64,000 bases of DNA from NCBI RefSeq assembly GCF_018977255.1, contig NW_024704772.1:372001-436000 (forward strand), read 5' to 3'. This DNA comes from Callorhinchus milii. Its lineage: Eukaryota. The notes under the pieces were generated by a model. The model had not been told where the DNA came from and ran no database searches. It saw only the letters and a program-made list of their open reading frames with translations. This document shows, in pieces, positions 44,773-56,889 of this stretch (its first letter is position 1; every line of letters starts with the position of its first letter). The translations under genes and the position numbers were made by a program.

Positions 44773-44870
44773 GTGATTCAGCAACTCAACAACATCCCCC
44801 CCCCCGGGGCTGTGCTGTGCTGTGCTGTGGGGGCGCACTGACCGCCTCTCTCGTTCGGTCCCTTTTATAT
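44773..44870 (-). promoter_or_regulatory. MAFF: Putative MAFF proximal promoter: TATA box and ARE/MARE half-site
   Basis: Minus-strand TATAAAAG at 44862-44869, GTGATTCAGCA at 44773-44783, and a minus-strand donor ag|GTAAGT at ~44114. Confidence 0.45.
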
Positions 44871-45684
44871 TATTATTATTATTATTATTAATATTTTATG
44901 TTATATTTTTTTTAAAAAAAAAGCGAATGGGGGGAAACCCGCCCTCAAAACACACCGAAAACACACCATTATCTACATCCGTACGGTGCACACACGACGG
45001 ACTTTTATTTTAAATAATATATCCCTCCCCCACACCCCCCCCCCAACACCCCTTTTTTCTGCTCCTCCCCCTTCCCCCCCTCCTCCTTCCCCCCCCACCC
45101 CCACCTCAGCCAAACACAAATAAAATAAGGGAGAGGCGGTTCTCTGGAAACGACCTCCTCCCCTCTCCCCCTCTCCCTCTCTCTCCCCCTCTCCCCCTCT
45201 CCCCCCCTCTCTCCCCTCCCTTCTCTCTCACCTCCCCTCTCTCTCCCCCTCTCTCTCCCCCCCTCTCCCCCTCTCTCTCCCCTCCCTCTCTCTCCCTCTT
45301 CCCCCCCTTTCTCTCCCCCCCCTCTCTCTCTCTCCCCCCCCTCTCTCTCTCCCTCTCCCCCCCTCTCTCCCCCTCTCTCTCTCTACTCACTGTTCATTTT
45401 CGTTTTCTCTTTCTCTTCTCTTTTTCTCTCTCTCCGCTCCACACAAAGGCTTTGGGGGTGAGACCTGCAGTTGTCTGGAAGCGGGTGTCGGTGTGTGTGG
45501 GGGTGGGGGTGGGTGGGGGGCGGTGGGAGGGGGGCTGTTGTTTTTCGGGGAAGGAAGGAAGGAAGGAAGGAAGGAGGGAGACAGACAGAGACACAGACAG
45601 ACAGGGAGGGAGGGAGGGCTCCCAGTTCTGGGTCAGATGATACTCTCAGAGATGCCTTTCATTCATAAAAACACACACCGCCGC

Positions 45685-45756
45685 TGACGTCACCAGACTT
45701 TGTGTCCCTACATGGTGTTACCCTGACGTCAGCCAATCCGGTGAGGGGTGACGTAA
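45685..45756. promoter_or_regulatory. MAFF: CRE cluster (2x TGACGTCA, TGACGTAA) with CCAAT box; putative distal MAFF promoter
   Basis: TGACGTCA at 45685-45692 and 45724-45731, CCAAT at 45733-45737, TGACGTAA at 45749-45756, and a minus-strand donor GTGAGT at ~45390. Confidence 0.55.
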
Positions 45757-46037
45757 CCCTTCCAACAGGCCACGCCCTCTCCCCCCCCCCCCCCCACACA
45801 CACACACACATACACACCACCACAACAACGACCACTACCACTTAGAATTATACAGCGCAGGGAGGGAGGCCGTGCTCTCGCTCCCCTCCCCCTCCCCATA
45901 GCCCTGATCAACCCCACTCCTGCCCCCCCCCCCGCACTCTCCCCATAGCCCCGATCAACCCCACTCCCCCTCCCCCCCCCCCGCAGTCTCCCCATAGCCC
46001 TACTCAACCCCCCTCCCCCCCCCCCCCCCCACGCCGC

Positions 46038-46612
46038 CAATAACAATAATGATCCTTGCCTTATCACATACATCTTCGAGACGTCTCAAAGCGCTTCACA
46101 GGATATGCTGTGAAGTGCAGTGACTGTGCGTTTTGTGGGCGAAACGCGGCAGCCAATTGCGCACAGCGACGTAACCCACCAACAGTCGTGGATTGAGTGA
46201 TCAAATTTGTTGGGGGTAGGGATTACTACCCCCCGAAAAGTGATCCGCCCAGTTAAGCTCCAAGGTAAACAGAGGCATGTGTGTGCGCGCGCGCGCGCGT
46301 GTGGCGAGGAGACTTGCCTAATAATAATAATTTGATACAGCGCTTTTCACGCCTTCCAGACGTCTCAAAGCGCTTCACAGAATAGACTGTATATTTGCGG
46401 GTGAAACGCGGCAGCCAATTGCGCGCAGCAGTGTCCCACAGACAGTCGTGGATTGAAATGACCAATTTATTCATGTTTTTTGTTCCTCGGGGGGATTATT
46501 ATCAGGCGTGTGGAGGAAGGAAACTTGCCCAAGGTTTCACCCTGACCCGGGTCCTCTCGCTTGCGAGGCGCGGGCGCTATCAAATGCAAGGATTATTATT
46601 ATTATTATTAGC
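46038..46612 (-). mobile_element. Cluster of SINE copies between the divergent promoters
   Basis: Two copies of the family consensus plus head and tail fragments. Confidence 0.75.
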
Positions 46613-46794
46613 TACATGACTCCAGGCATTCGTTTGTTATATATTGTGTCTATATTGTATTTCCATATGATGCAGTGATGTATTTATTTAGATGTTTCTT
46701 CATAGTTTTATTTGTACGTTTAGACTTAATATAAATGTGTAATTAATTATCCCATTAGCCCCTGATCAGAGTTTGCCTGGAGCAAGTTGCCAGC

Positions 46795-47115
46795 ATCAAA
46801 CATGGCGGCGGGGGGGGCGGGGCGGAGAGAGGGTTGAGCCTGTGATTGGCCGAGTGGGGGGGAGGAGGCGGGAAGAAACGTGGAAGCGGTGTGTGATTGG
46901 GCGGCGGGGGCCTGTCAATCAGGCAGTGTGGGCGGGGGCGGGTTGGCGGTGTGTGATTGGGCGGCGGGGACCTGTCAATCAGGCAGTGGGGGCGGGGGCG
47001 GGAGTGGGCGTGGCGGCGTGTGATTGGGCGGCGGGACCTGTCAATCAGTGGGGCGGACAGTCAGGCGGCGGCGGGCGGTGAGGAGCGAGGCTCCGGGGGG
47101 TTGGGGGGCCGTGAG
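46795..47115 (+). promoter_or_regulatory. PLA2G6: PLA2G6 CpG promoter and non-coding exon 1 (donor after 47115)
   Basis: YY1 motif AACATGGCGGC, four ATTGG, three CTGTCAATCA, GC boxes, and a gag|GTACGT donor. Confidence 0.65.
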
Positions 47116-48166
47116 GTACGTGTGTGTGTGTGGGGGGGGAGGTGTTGCCACGGTTACAGCCCCCGGGAGGGGGAGCGCGGGTCTTGTTGGGGGGTAATGA
47201 TGGCGGAGGTGTTGCCATGGTCACAGCCCGGGAAGGGGGGGGGGGAGGGGTGTCAGTGATGGGGGAGGGGGGGTGTTGCCATGGTCACAGCCCCCCCCAC
47301 CCCCACCCCCAGGGGTCGGGGTGGGGGGGCGGTTTATTTCATCATCTTCCCCCCCAGGGAGTGGGGGGAGGGGGTGTCACTGTGGGTTATTAGTGTCATG
47401 GGGGGGAGGGGGGGGAGGGGGCGATGGGGGGAGAGGGGGCGATGGGGGAGGGGGCAATGGGGGAGGAGGGGGTGTTGGGGGAGGGAGGGGGCGATAGCCA
47501 TGTTGTGCCCCCCCCCCCCTCAGCTTTGCACTGGAGGGTCAGCGATCTGACTGCCCGGGAGGGAACAAACATATTCTCCCCCACACCGTCCCCTCCACCC
47601 CCCCCCCCCCCCCAACCTCCCCTCGTGGGGGGTATAATTCCCCCCGATCCCCCCCCCCCAACCTCTGCTCCCAGGTAACATCGACAACAACAACAACAAC
47701 AACAACACGTGACAGTTACTCGGCGTCTCTCGGGGGGGTGGGGGGGGGGTGGGGGGCGCTGGACGGTCAGGGATACGGGCCTGAGCCGGGATGGTCCTGA
47801 CGGTGGAATGGAGCCGCGGCCGCCAGACACAGACACAGACACAGACGCGGCCCCCGCGCTCAGTCCCCCGGGACAAGTGGTCTCCGGCCGTGTTTTTTTG
47901 GGGGGGGGCGTGAACGGCCCCCGGACACGTTTGCGCGCGAGCGCCGGGGCCCCTGCGGAGAGCCGCGATCTTATTCTTATTCGCGAGGGAGTCTTCGGAG
48001 ATTAGCGTCGGTAATCTTCCGTCTAATCCTGAGAGTAATGCCATTAACCTCTTTGTATAGGATCACTCCGGCAGCGCTGTCCCCGCAGATCATCTTATAA
48101 TAATCTTTGCATTATAGATTTATCGCCTTATCGCGGCTTCGAGAATATACAGTGCAGTAAAGTAGT

Positions 48167-48490
48167 GGAGTCCTGCAGCTCTGTGGTGAGAGCGACACAC
48201 CCGGGTTCGATTCCGGGCGGGTCAGGGCGAGACCTCGGGCGAGTTTCCTTACTCCACACCTCCTCATGACAATCCCTCCAAAACAAAACAACAACAAAAA
48301 TTGGTCATTTTCGACCCACGGCTGTTTGCGGGACAGGCGCTGCTATGTGCGCAATTGGCTGCCGCCTTTCGCCCACAAAACGCACAGTCGATTCGCTTTA
48401 CAGCCTATTCTGTGAAGCGCTTTGAGACGTCGAGAAGACGTGAAAAGCTCTGTATCAGATGCCAGGATTGTTGTTATATTATTATTATAA
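48167..48490 (+). mobile_element. Near full-length tRNA-head SINE
   Basis: ggagtcctgcagctctgtggtgagagcg...gggttcgattcc head followed by the family core and tail. Confidence 0.75.
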
Positions 48491-49735
48491 AGTGCAGTGA
48501 CTGTGCACTTGTGGGCGAAGCGCGGCAGGCAGTTGCTCGCAGCAGCGTCCCGCAAACAGTGGTGGATTGAGGCGCGATGGGCACCTAATTCAAATGCAAG
48601 GATTATTATATCAATAATAATAATAATAATAATCCGGGCGTTTGACACAGCGCCTGATCACGTCTTCGAGACGTCTCAAAGCGCTTCACTGTCAAGTGAA
48701 TTGGCTGTGTATTTTGTGGGCGAAAATATCATTATTAAACCTCATCACAGGCTCTGTGGTGTGACATTATTTTATTGGGTGTATATATATATATGTGTGT
48801 GTAGCGAATATGTATGTATGTAATTCTAACCTTGATCTCAGCCCTATCGCTAGTCGGGATCAGAGTGGGGGTTGGAAAGGCTGTTAAAATGCCACACAGC
48901 CTGGTTGCAGATGGTTGTATGGTTTGGGGGCACGGACCACAAGAAAAGAGAAGGAGGAATTAAACACGTACCTACGGTATTTAACTCAGCTTTTGTTTTA
49001 TTTAGATATATATATTTATATAAAAACAGGAAGGAAGTCTGTCTGCAGGAGAAGCAATGCCGGGAAACCATTTAGTCAATTCAACCGGGATTTTATACTT
49101 CACGTGACGAGCTGGAAATCATCTTAAAATAATCCTTGCATCAGATACTTTTTTCGTTGCGATACAAATCAAAGTAAGTTTCAAAATAAAATATCTAGGA
49201 TTATTTTAAGTGGCATTAACTGTTGGAATGTATTTTCGCCTTCGGTTTATTCCCCGCCGCACTCTGCTCCGCCATTGGAGGCCGTGCTTTCAGCCATTCA
49301 TAATAATAATAATAATAATCCTTGCATTTGGTACAGCGCCTTATCACATCGTTGGGTCGTCTCAACGCGCTTCACAGGAAATACTGTAAAGTGAAGTGAC
49401 TGTGCATTTTGTGGGCGAAACACGGCAGCCAATTGCGCCCAGCAGCGTCCCCACAAACAGCCGTGGGTGAGTGAACCATTTATTATTATTTTTTCTTAAA
49501 GGGATTATTACCCTGGAACCTGCCTGGAACTCCCTGCCTAAATCCCTCCGTCCCACTCTCCCGCTCCTCGCACCTGAAGACCTTCCTCTTCGACCGCGCC
49601 CATGGTCACCGTTAGCGTTGCGAGACTCCGTCGTGTGTGAAGAGCGCTGTGTAAGTGCACACTGTTGTTGCTGTTGTTGCTGCTGCTGCTGTTGTTGTAA
49701 CCAGGTTATTTTAATGGCCGCAGGTCAGTGCAGAA

Positions 49736-52700
49736 ATGCAGTTCTTCGGGCGTTTGGTGGATTCGCTGAACACCACGGTGACCAACCTGTTCACCAACCC
49801 TTACCGCGTGCGAGAGGTGACGCTGGCCGAGTACACCGGCTCCTCCCGGGTGATGGAGGACGGCAGAGTGGTGCTGTACCGCACAATGAATTCCTGGGAC
49901 TGTCTGCTCATCAACCCCAACCTGCCTCACAGTGCTTTCAGGTGACTGGAAGTAAATAATAATAATAATAATAATAATTCTCGCATTTGTTGCAGCGCCT
50001 GATCACGTCTTCGAGACGCCTCAAAGCGCTTCACAGGATACACTGTCAAGTCAATTGACTATATTTTGTGGGCGATGTATAGAACAGAGAGAGACGAAAA
50101 GGTGGGGTTGGTGGGGGGGATGGGGGGTGGGGAGAGGGGGTTAACCTTTCAGGTCGATGACCTTTCGTCAGAACTCCGCAATCGACCCGAAACCTCAACC
50201 CACTTCCCTCTCTCCATGGATGCTGCCTGACCGGCTGACCGTTCCCGGCCACATGTGTTTTTATTGCAGATTTCCAGCACTGCAGTCTTTTGCCTTTTGC
50301 TGTGAGGATGTAATGTAAGTTGTTGATGATGTGGTGCCCCTCTGCAGGCTGTTCCAGCTGAGCTTGGAGGTGGAAGCCAGGCCCATGTTTGTGGAGTTTG
50401 GGAAGAAGCTGAGGCCGTTCTATGAGATCTCCCCGGCATTGCTGGGGGTGGACAGTGTCCAGAAGTTGACCGACTGTCTGCGGAGCCACCCTCAGTGGAG
50501 CCTGGCTCACGTGGCCGTGGAGATGGGGCTGAAGGACAGCTTCCGCCACAACCACATCATGAGGTAACGGCTCCAGGCTGGTCTGGCAGGGCGCAGGGGC
50601 CGAGCTTTCAGCCACTAACATAATAATCCTCCTCCCTAATTTGACGCAGCACCTTATCACGTCGTCGAGACGTCTCAAAAGTGCTTCACTGTAAAGTGGA
50701 TTGACTGTGTGTTTTGGGGGTCAAACGCAGCAGCCAACTGCGCACAGCAGAGTCCCACTGAACGGTCGTGGATTGAGAGACCCAGTTTTTATTTGAAGGG
50801 ATTATTACCCTCGGAAAACAATCCACCAGTTGACTAACGACCGGGTTCCTACTTATTCCCGGTAAATAAGAGGCGTGTGTGTGGAGCAAGGAAACTTGCC
50901 TATGGTTTAACCTTGCCCAGAAATCGAACCCACGACCTCTCGCTTGCGAGGCGAGTCCTCTAACTACTACACTACACTGCTTCCCCCCCGATGGTGGGGC
51001 GGAGGGTGCGAGGGAGGGGTAAGAAGCTGGTGCCAGTCGAGCAGAGGGGCCGGGTGGTGGATTGTAGAGGGAGGGAGGTGTCAGGGGAGCGAAGGGATTT
51101 GAACACATACACACGCTCATACGCACGCACACACACATACACGCACACACGAGTCACCACTAAGAGTTTCTAATGGACAGAACTGTTGTTCGCAGTTGCA
51201 TCAACAGCAGGGAGGCTGTGGAGGGCTTCACTCCCCTGCACCTGGCCTGCAGGAAGGAGAACCTGGACTGTGTGCGGGAGCTGGTGGAGGGCTGTGGGGT
51301 GCGGCTGGACATCGCCGACAACAACCAGGAAACCGTCTTCCACTACGCTGCTCAGCAAGCCAACTGCCAGGTCATCGAGGTGAGGGTCAGGGGCCACGGA
51401 CTGTACACACATAGTGCTCTGTCCAACAAAACACACACACACACATATATATTATAGGCACATACACAGCGCTCTTCCAACAAAGCCACATATATATATA
51501 TTATATTTCGCCCACAGAATACACAGTCAATTCACTTTGCTTTGAGACGCCTTGAAGACGTGATGAGGCGCTGTATCAAATGCAAGGACTCGTATTATCA
51601 TATACACACATACAGCGCTCTGGGCCAACAAAGCCACACATATATATATTACTTATATATATATATACACGCACAGTTTGTTTTTTTTGGATGAAAACTC
51701 CCAGCGCTAACCGCTCGTAAGAAAAAGGGAACTGTGAATGCGAGAGAGGGAAGAGTGAAAGAAACAGTAAGAAAAAGAGGGAAGCGTCTGCACGGAAGAC
51801 AAACTGATGGATGAAAGTTAATGGCATGACATGAGTGTCATGAATGTTTCTTTTTGTTCCTCAAGGTGAGAGGTGCCAGTGCTGGGCAAAGGAACGTATA
51901 ACCTCTGTGTGGGGTGTGTGTGTGTGTGGGGTGGGGTTGGGGGGGTGAGGTGGGGTGAGGGTGTGTTTGTGGCTGAGGTGCGTGTACACCGTTGACTCCA
52001 GATCATCCTCTCACCTCAGGTACAGCACGGACTAGATCCAGAGAAGAGCAATGTACCCGCCCTCACCCCGCCATCAATCAATCCCCCCAACTTTTATCAC
52101 AACCCGTCTACACCCTCGGCTACTCTCACGCTGGCCGAGTGTGCGATCGCCCTGTCCTTACCTGGTCACGGTTTCCCTCCTCGCTGGAGACGCTGGTCAC
52201 AGAGGATGGGCGCACGCACACTCTGGGGTTCAGGCTGTGTTGCTTCTGTAGCTTCTGGTGCTGGTGTTCTGCTCCCCCATCTCTGACCGTGTTTCTTCCA
52301 AGAACCCAAGGCATTGTGTAAGACTGACCTACGTCGACACAAAGCGCCGTAGATCCGCTCTCGGCCTCTGGGTGTCTTTACTACAGAACGCTGAGGGAGG
52401 AGGGAGTGGAAGGGGGTGGGGGTGGGGGGAGAGGGGGTAAAAGAGAGGGGTTTTGGGAGGGTTTGTAAGCAGTTGGGCCGAGTGGCCTGTTTCTGTGCTG
52501 TCTCGCTGTGTGAACTCCAGCGCACACCAGCGAAGGCGTTAACGTTTCCAACACGTTTGGGTGAAGAAGCCCCACCCAGCGCCTCATCCTGCAGCGAGTC
52601 TCGCTTTACCGTCCGCCCCATCGCAGCAACGCCACGTTTTTTCTCAAAGGTTTGACCCTCTGGCCTGCCCCCCCCCCCACCGTGTTTCCCTCCCCAGCTG

Positions 52701-55700
52701 CTGAGCAAACACGCGTCCATCGGGATCAACCACGTGAGCAGCGGAGGGGAGACGCCTCTCCACGTGGCCTGCCGGCTGGGGAACGCGGAGGTGGTCCGTG
52801 CTCTGCTGCGATGCCAGGCCAGTGGCCATGTGGTGGGCACACACGGCTATCCCATCCACACCGCCATGAAGTTTACCAAGGCCGGGTAAGCCAGTCTGTC
52901 TTTTATTATCACCTCTTCTTGGCCTGGCACGGTGGTAGTGCGCGCTCTCTCGCTCTCTCGAGCTCTCTCTCACTCTCGCTCTCTCTCTTGCTCTCTCTCT
53001 CACTCCGCTCCTTGCTCTCTCTCTCCCCCCAGATGTGCTGAGGCCCTGTTGGAGGCAGACCTGAGCCAGATGCACACTGAGGACCCTCGCTATGGGGGGA
53101 CACCACTTCACTGGGCCAAGAACAGAGAGGTAAAGCTGTCTCTACTGGTCACCTGGTGTTGTGCTGAGAGGACGGAGGGGGAGGGAGGAAGAGGCAGAGA
53201 GGGAGGGAGCGAGAGGGAGAAGGACGGAGAGAGGGAGAGTAATTGCTGTGGTTTAAGAAGTGTTTATACCACAGTCGGGCATAAAGAGAACATATCTGGC
53301 CCCACGATCGACAGGTTTAGCTTTCAGCCATTCTGCCCCCGCTTTCTGGAGCTCCATCACGGAAACCCCCCACTCCCCCAACAGGTTCAAGATCTGTCTC
53401 AGAGGTTAGTGAGGGGTGGGGGGGGGGGGCAGAGAAGGTTGGGGGGACAGAGGTTCGCGGGGGGAAGGGAGGTGATGTGTAGTGTGAGGGCTCTGTGATG
53501 TGTTTGCTTGACGGGTTACAGATGAGCATGCTGCTGCTGGAGCGGGGGTGTAATGTGAATTACCTGAGCAAGAGCGGGGAGACAGCACTGCACATCATGG
53601 TGAGGAGAGCTCGCTTCCCCTGCGCCATGGTGCTGCTCACACACGGGGCCGACCCCAACTGTAAAGGGGAGCACGGCAACACCCCTCTGCACCTCGCCAT
53701 GAAGGTCAGTCATTCACACGGTAAACCTCAAGCCCTCGCCTCGCTCACTCCTCGTCTGTCTGTCTCTCTGTCTGTCTTTAAGTCCCACCGTATTACCTAC
53801 AGTGTGTTTTGCTGTTACAGTTGGACAACCTGGACCTGATTAAGGCGCTGATCGTGTTCGGAGCCGACGTGAAATGTCACAATGATTTTGGGGAGAGCGC
53901 TGGCTTGATCGCTGCCCGGCACAGTAAAGGTGTGTTTGTGTGTCTGCCTGTGGTCTGTGTNNNNNNNNNNNNNNNNNNNNNNNNNNNNNNNNNNNNNNNN
54001 NNNNNNNNNNNNNNNNNNNNNNNNNNNNNNNNNNNNNNNNNNNNNNNNNNNNNNNNNNNNNNNNNNNNNNNNNNNNNNNNNNNNNNNNNNNNNNNNNNNN
54101 NNNNNNNNNNNNNNNNNNNNNNNNNNNNNNNNNNNNNNNNNNNNNNNNNNNNNNNNNNNNNNNNNNNNNNNNNNNNNNNNNNNNNNNNNNNNNNNNNNNN
54201 NNNNNNNNNNNNNNNNNNNNNNNNNNNNNNNNNNNNNNNNNNNNNNNNNNNGTGTGGGTGAGTGTGTGGGTGTCTGTCTGTGTGGGTGAGTGTGTGGGTG
54301 TCTGTCTGTGTGGGTGAGTGTGTGGGCGTCTGTCTGTCTGTCTTGTTAATAATAGTCAAATCCTATGATAACATGTCACAGCGTAGTGTGGGTTGTGTTT
54401 ATCGCGCCCGTGGCTGACAGCCCGGCTAGGCAAGGCGTTGTTGCGTATAGCGCGCACACGCAGGAAGTGACATCAGTGGACCCCCTTAACGTAGCGCGCG
54501 CACACAGGAAGTGACGTCGGCGGTGGCCTGTGTTTTTACCGGCTCCCTGTTATAAAGCGAGGTGTGATGTTAATGACCCCTGTTATAAGGGGACGCAGAC
54601 CACACCGTTGGGGACCTGGAGACTAACCTTGTTTGATGCCCCCACTCCCCCCCACCACAAAGGCAGTAACCGGAAGGTGATGCTGAACTTGCTGCACAGT
54701 ATAGGTGCCGAGCAGTGTTACCCACCGTCCTCCGACACCCCCACCTCGCCAACCAGAGCCCCAGCTCCAGCGAGACCCCCCCCCATCACCAGCCGGGAAT
54801 TAGGTAACCGCACACACACACACACACACACCCCTTCTTCCTTTCCCTAATCCTCACGTTTCTCCTGAAACCAGGATTTCTCCTTTTTTTTCCCCCCACA
54901 CTCAATAACACTTCTGTTCTTTTTGTTTCTCCATTTGCCTCTCAGACTATTATTTCTATATGTGACCGTCACCGTGTAAGTGAGCTGACTGCAACCCTCT
55001 CGCCTTCTGTCACTCCGAGCTTCTGCTTCTGTCCTGTTCTGAGACTCTGCTCTGCGGTGGGGAGGGTGGGAGAGAGAAAGGGTAGAGGGCGGGTGAGGGG
55101 AAAGGGGCGATTGGAGAGACAGAGAGAGACAGAGAGAGAGGGGGGGGGGGTGTTGGAGAGAGAGCAGACTGTAGAGAGAGATTGGGGAGAAAGAGAGGTA
55201 GAGAGACCGAGATAAAGAGTGAGAAAGAGAGAGGGGTTGGTGCGAGTGGGATATAAAGAGAGGGGAGGTGGATGGGGGTTGGGAGTGGGGTGTGGGGAGG
55301 TGGATTGGGGTTGGGAGTGGGGTCTGGGGAGGTGGATGGGGGTTGGGAGTAGGGTGTGGGGAGAATGGGAGGGCTATAGAGGGCGGAGGGGAGAGGTGGG
55401 GCTATAGAGGGCGGAGGGGAGAGTTTGCCTGCAGTGACCGCGGGGCCTGTGTTCCAGGGTTTGACGATGTACTGGGGGCGGCCACACTGTTCGCCTCCTT
55501 AACCAAAGGCTTCGACATCCCAGATACTCCCAGTCACCAACCGCGAAGGTGAGAGGAGGCGGGGAATACCGGGGGAGGGGGGTTTATACTCCACACGAGC
55601 CCCACACCCCCTGTTCCCCTCTCCCCCTCACACCCCCTGTTCCCCTCTCCCCCCCACACCCCCTGTTCCCCTCTCCCCCCACACCCCCTGTCCCCTCTCC

Positions 55701-56712
55701 CCCCACACCCCCTGTCCCCTCTCCCCCCCACAACCCCTGTTCCCCTCTCCCACTGCTCCCCTCTCCCCCAAGTACGCATCAAGTTTTCTCTTTAAAATGC
55801 ATTGATTCTAGTTGCTGTAACCTCTCTCTCTCTATTGCTCCATTCTTTCCCCCTCTCCTCTCTCTCCATCCTCTCTCTGCCCCCCACCCCCCTCAGCTGT
55901 GACCGGCTGCTGTGCCTGGACGGGGGAGGGATTCGGGGGCTGGTGCTGATCCAGTTACTGATCGCCATCGAGCAGGCCGCGGGGAGGCCAGTCAGGGAGC
56001 TGTTTGACTGGGTCTCGGGAACCAGCACCGGGGGCATCCTCGCCCTGGCTATCGTACACGGTGAGCCTGGCTCAGCCTGATCCCCTCCACCGCTCAGCCC
56101 TGCGCCAGCCCACCCCCCCATACACACACACCCCCCCACACATACACACCCCCCACACACCCACCCCCACATCCACACCCCCCCCCATACACACACACCC
56201 CCCCACCCACACACACACACCCACACACACACACACCCGCTCACCCCCCCTCCCCACACACACACATCCCCCTCACGCACACCCACACACACACACACCC
56301 CTCTCACCTACACCCACACACCCACACACACATACACCCGCTCACCCCCCTCCCCACACACACACACCCATACACACACCCCCCCACACACACCCACCCA
56401 CACACACCCACACACACCCCCCATACCCACAAACCCCCCACACACACCCCGGGGCATGTGAGGGTGTGAGACGGTGCGTGTGTGTGTGTGGAGTGGATGG
56501 TCTGTGGGAAGCTGCCGGTGAGGAGAGTCTGCGCTGACAGTCTGCGCTGTGTCACACACAGGGAAACCCATGCACTATCTCCGCTGCCTGTATTTCCGGA
56601 TGAAGGATCAGGTTTTCCAGGGCTCACGGCCCTACTCCTCCTCCCCCCTCGAGGACTTCCTCAAGAAGGAGTTTGGGGAAAACACCAAAATGTCTGACGT
56701 CACCAAACCCAA
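49736..56712 (+). CDS. PLA2G6: 85/88 kDa calcium-independent phospholipase A2 (iPLA2beta), 3'-incomplete in this sequence
   Basis: Exons 49736-49941, 50348-50563, 51196-51379, 52698-52885, 53033-53129, 53522-53704, 53821-53929, 54663-54803, 55458-55548, 55897-56060, 56562-56712. All GT-AG and in frame. Motifs: MQFFGRLV, ankyrin repeats (TPLHLAC, TPLHVAC, TPLHWAK, TPLHLAM), patatin [11 protein letters not shown] and GTSTG. No later exons were found. Confidence 0.93.
50620..50982 (-). mobile_element. Full-length tRNA(Val-like)-head SINE
   Basis: Minus head gcagtgtagtgtagtagttagaggactcgcctcgcaagcgagaggtcgtgggttcgattt, then the family core and tail. Confidence 0.8.
54352..54600. mobile_element. 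CpG-rich MITE-like element (MER131-like by recollection)
   Basis: Ends tagtcaaatcctatgataac ... cctgttataaggggacgcagac resemble pogo/Tigger-type termini. Contains an internal duplication of gcgcgcaca..caggaagtgac. Confidence 0.45.
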
Positions 56713-56889
56713 GTGAGTCAACCGCCCCCCCCCCCCCCACCCCCACCCACCCACCCCATCGTCTCTAACCATCCCTCCATCCACCACAGCTCTTGTCTCT
56801 CGCTCTTACTACAACATCAACAGCAGTTTACGTTTATATATAATAATAATAACACTCGTATTTGATACAGCGCCTTATCACATCTTCGA

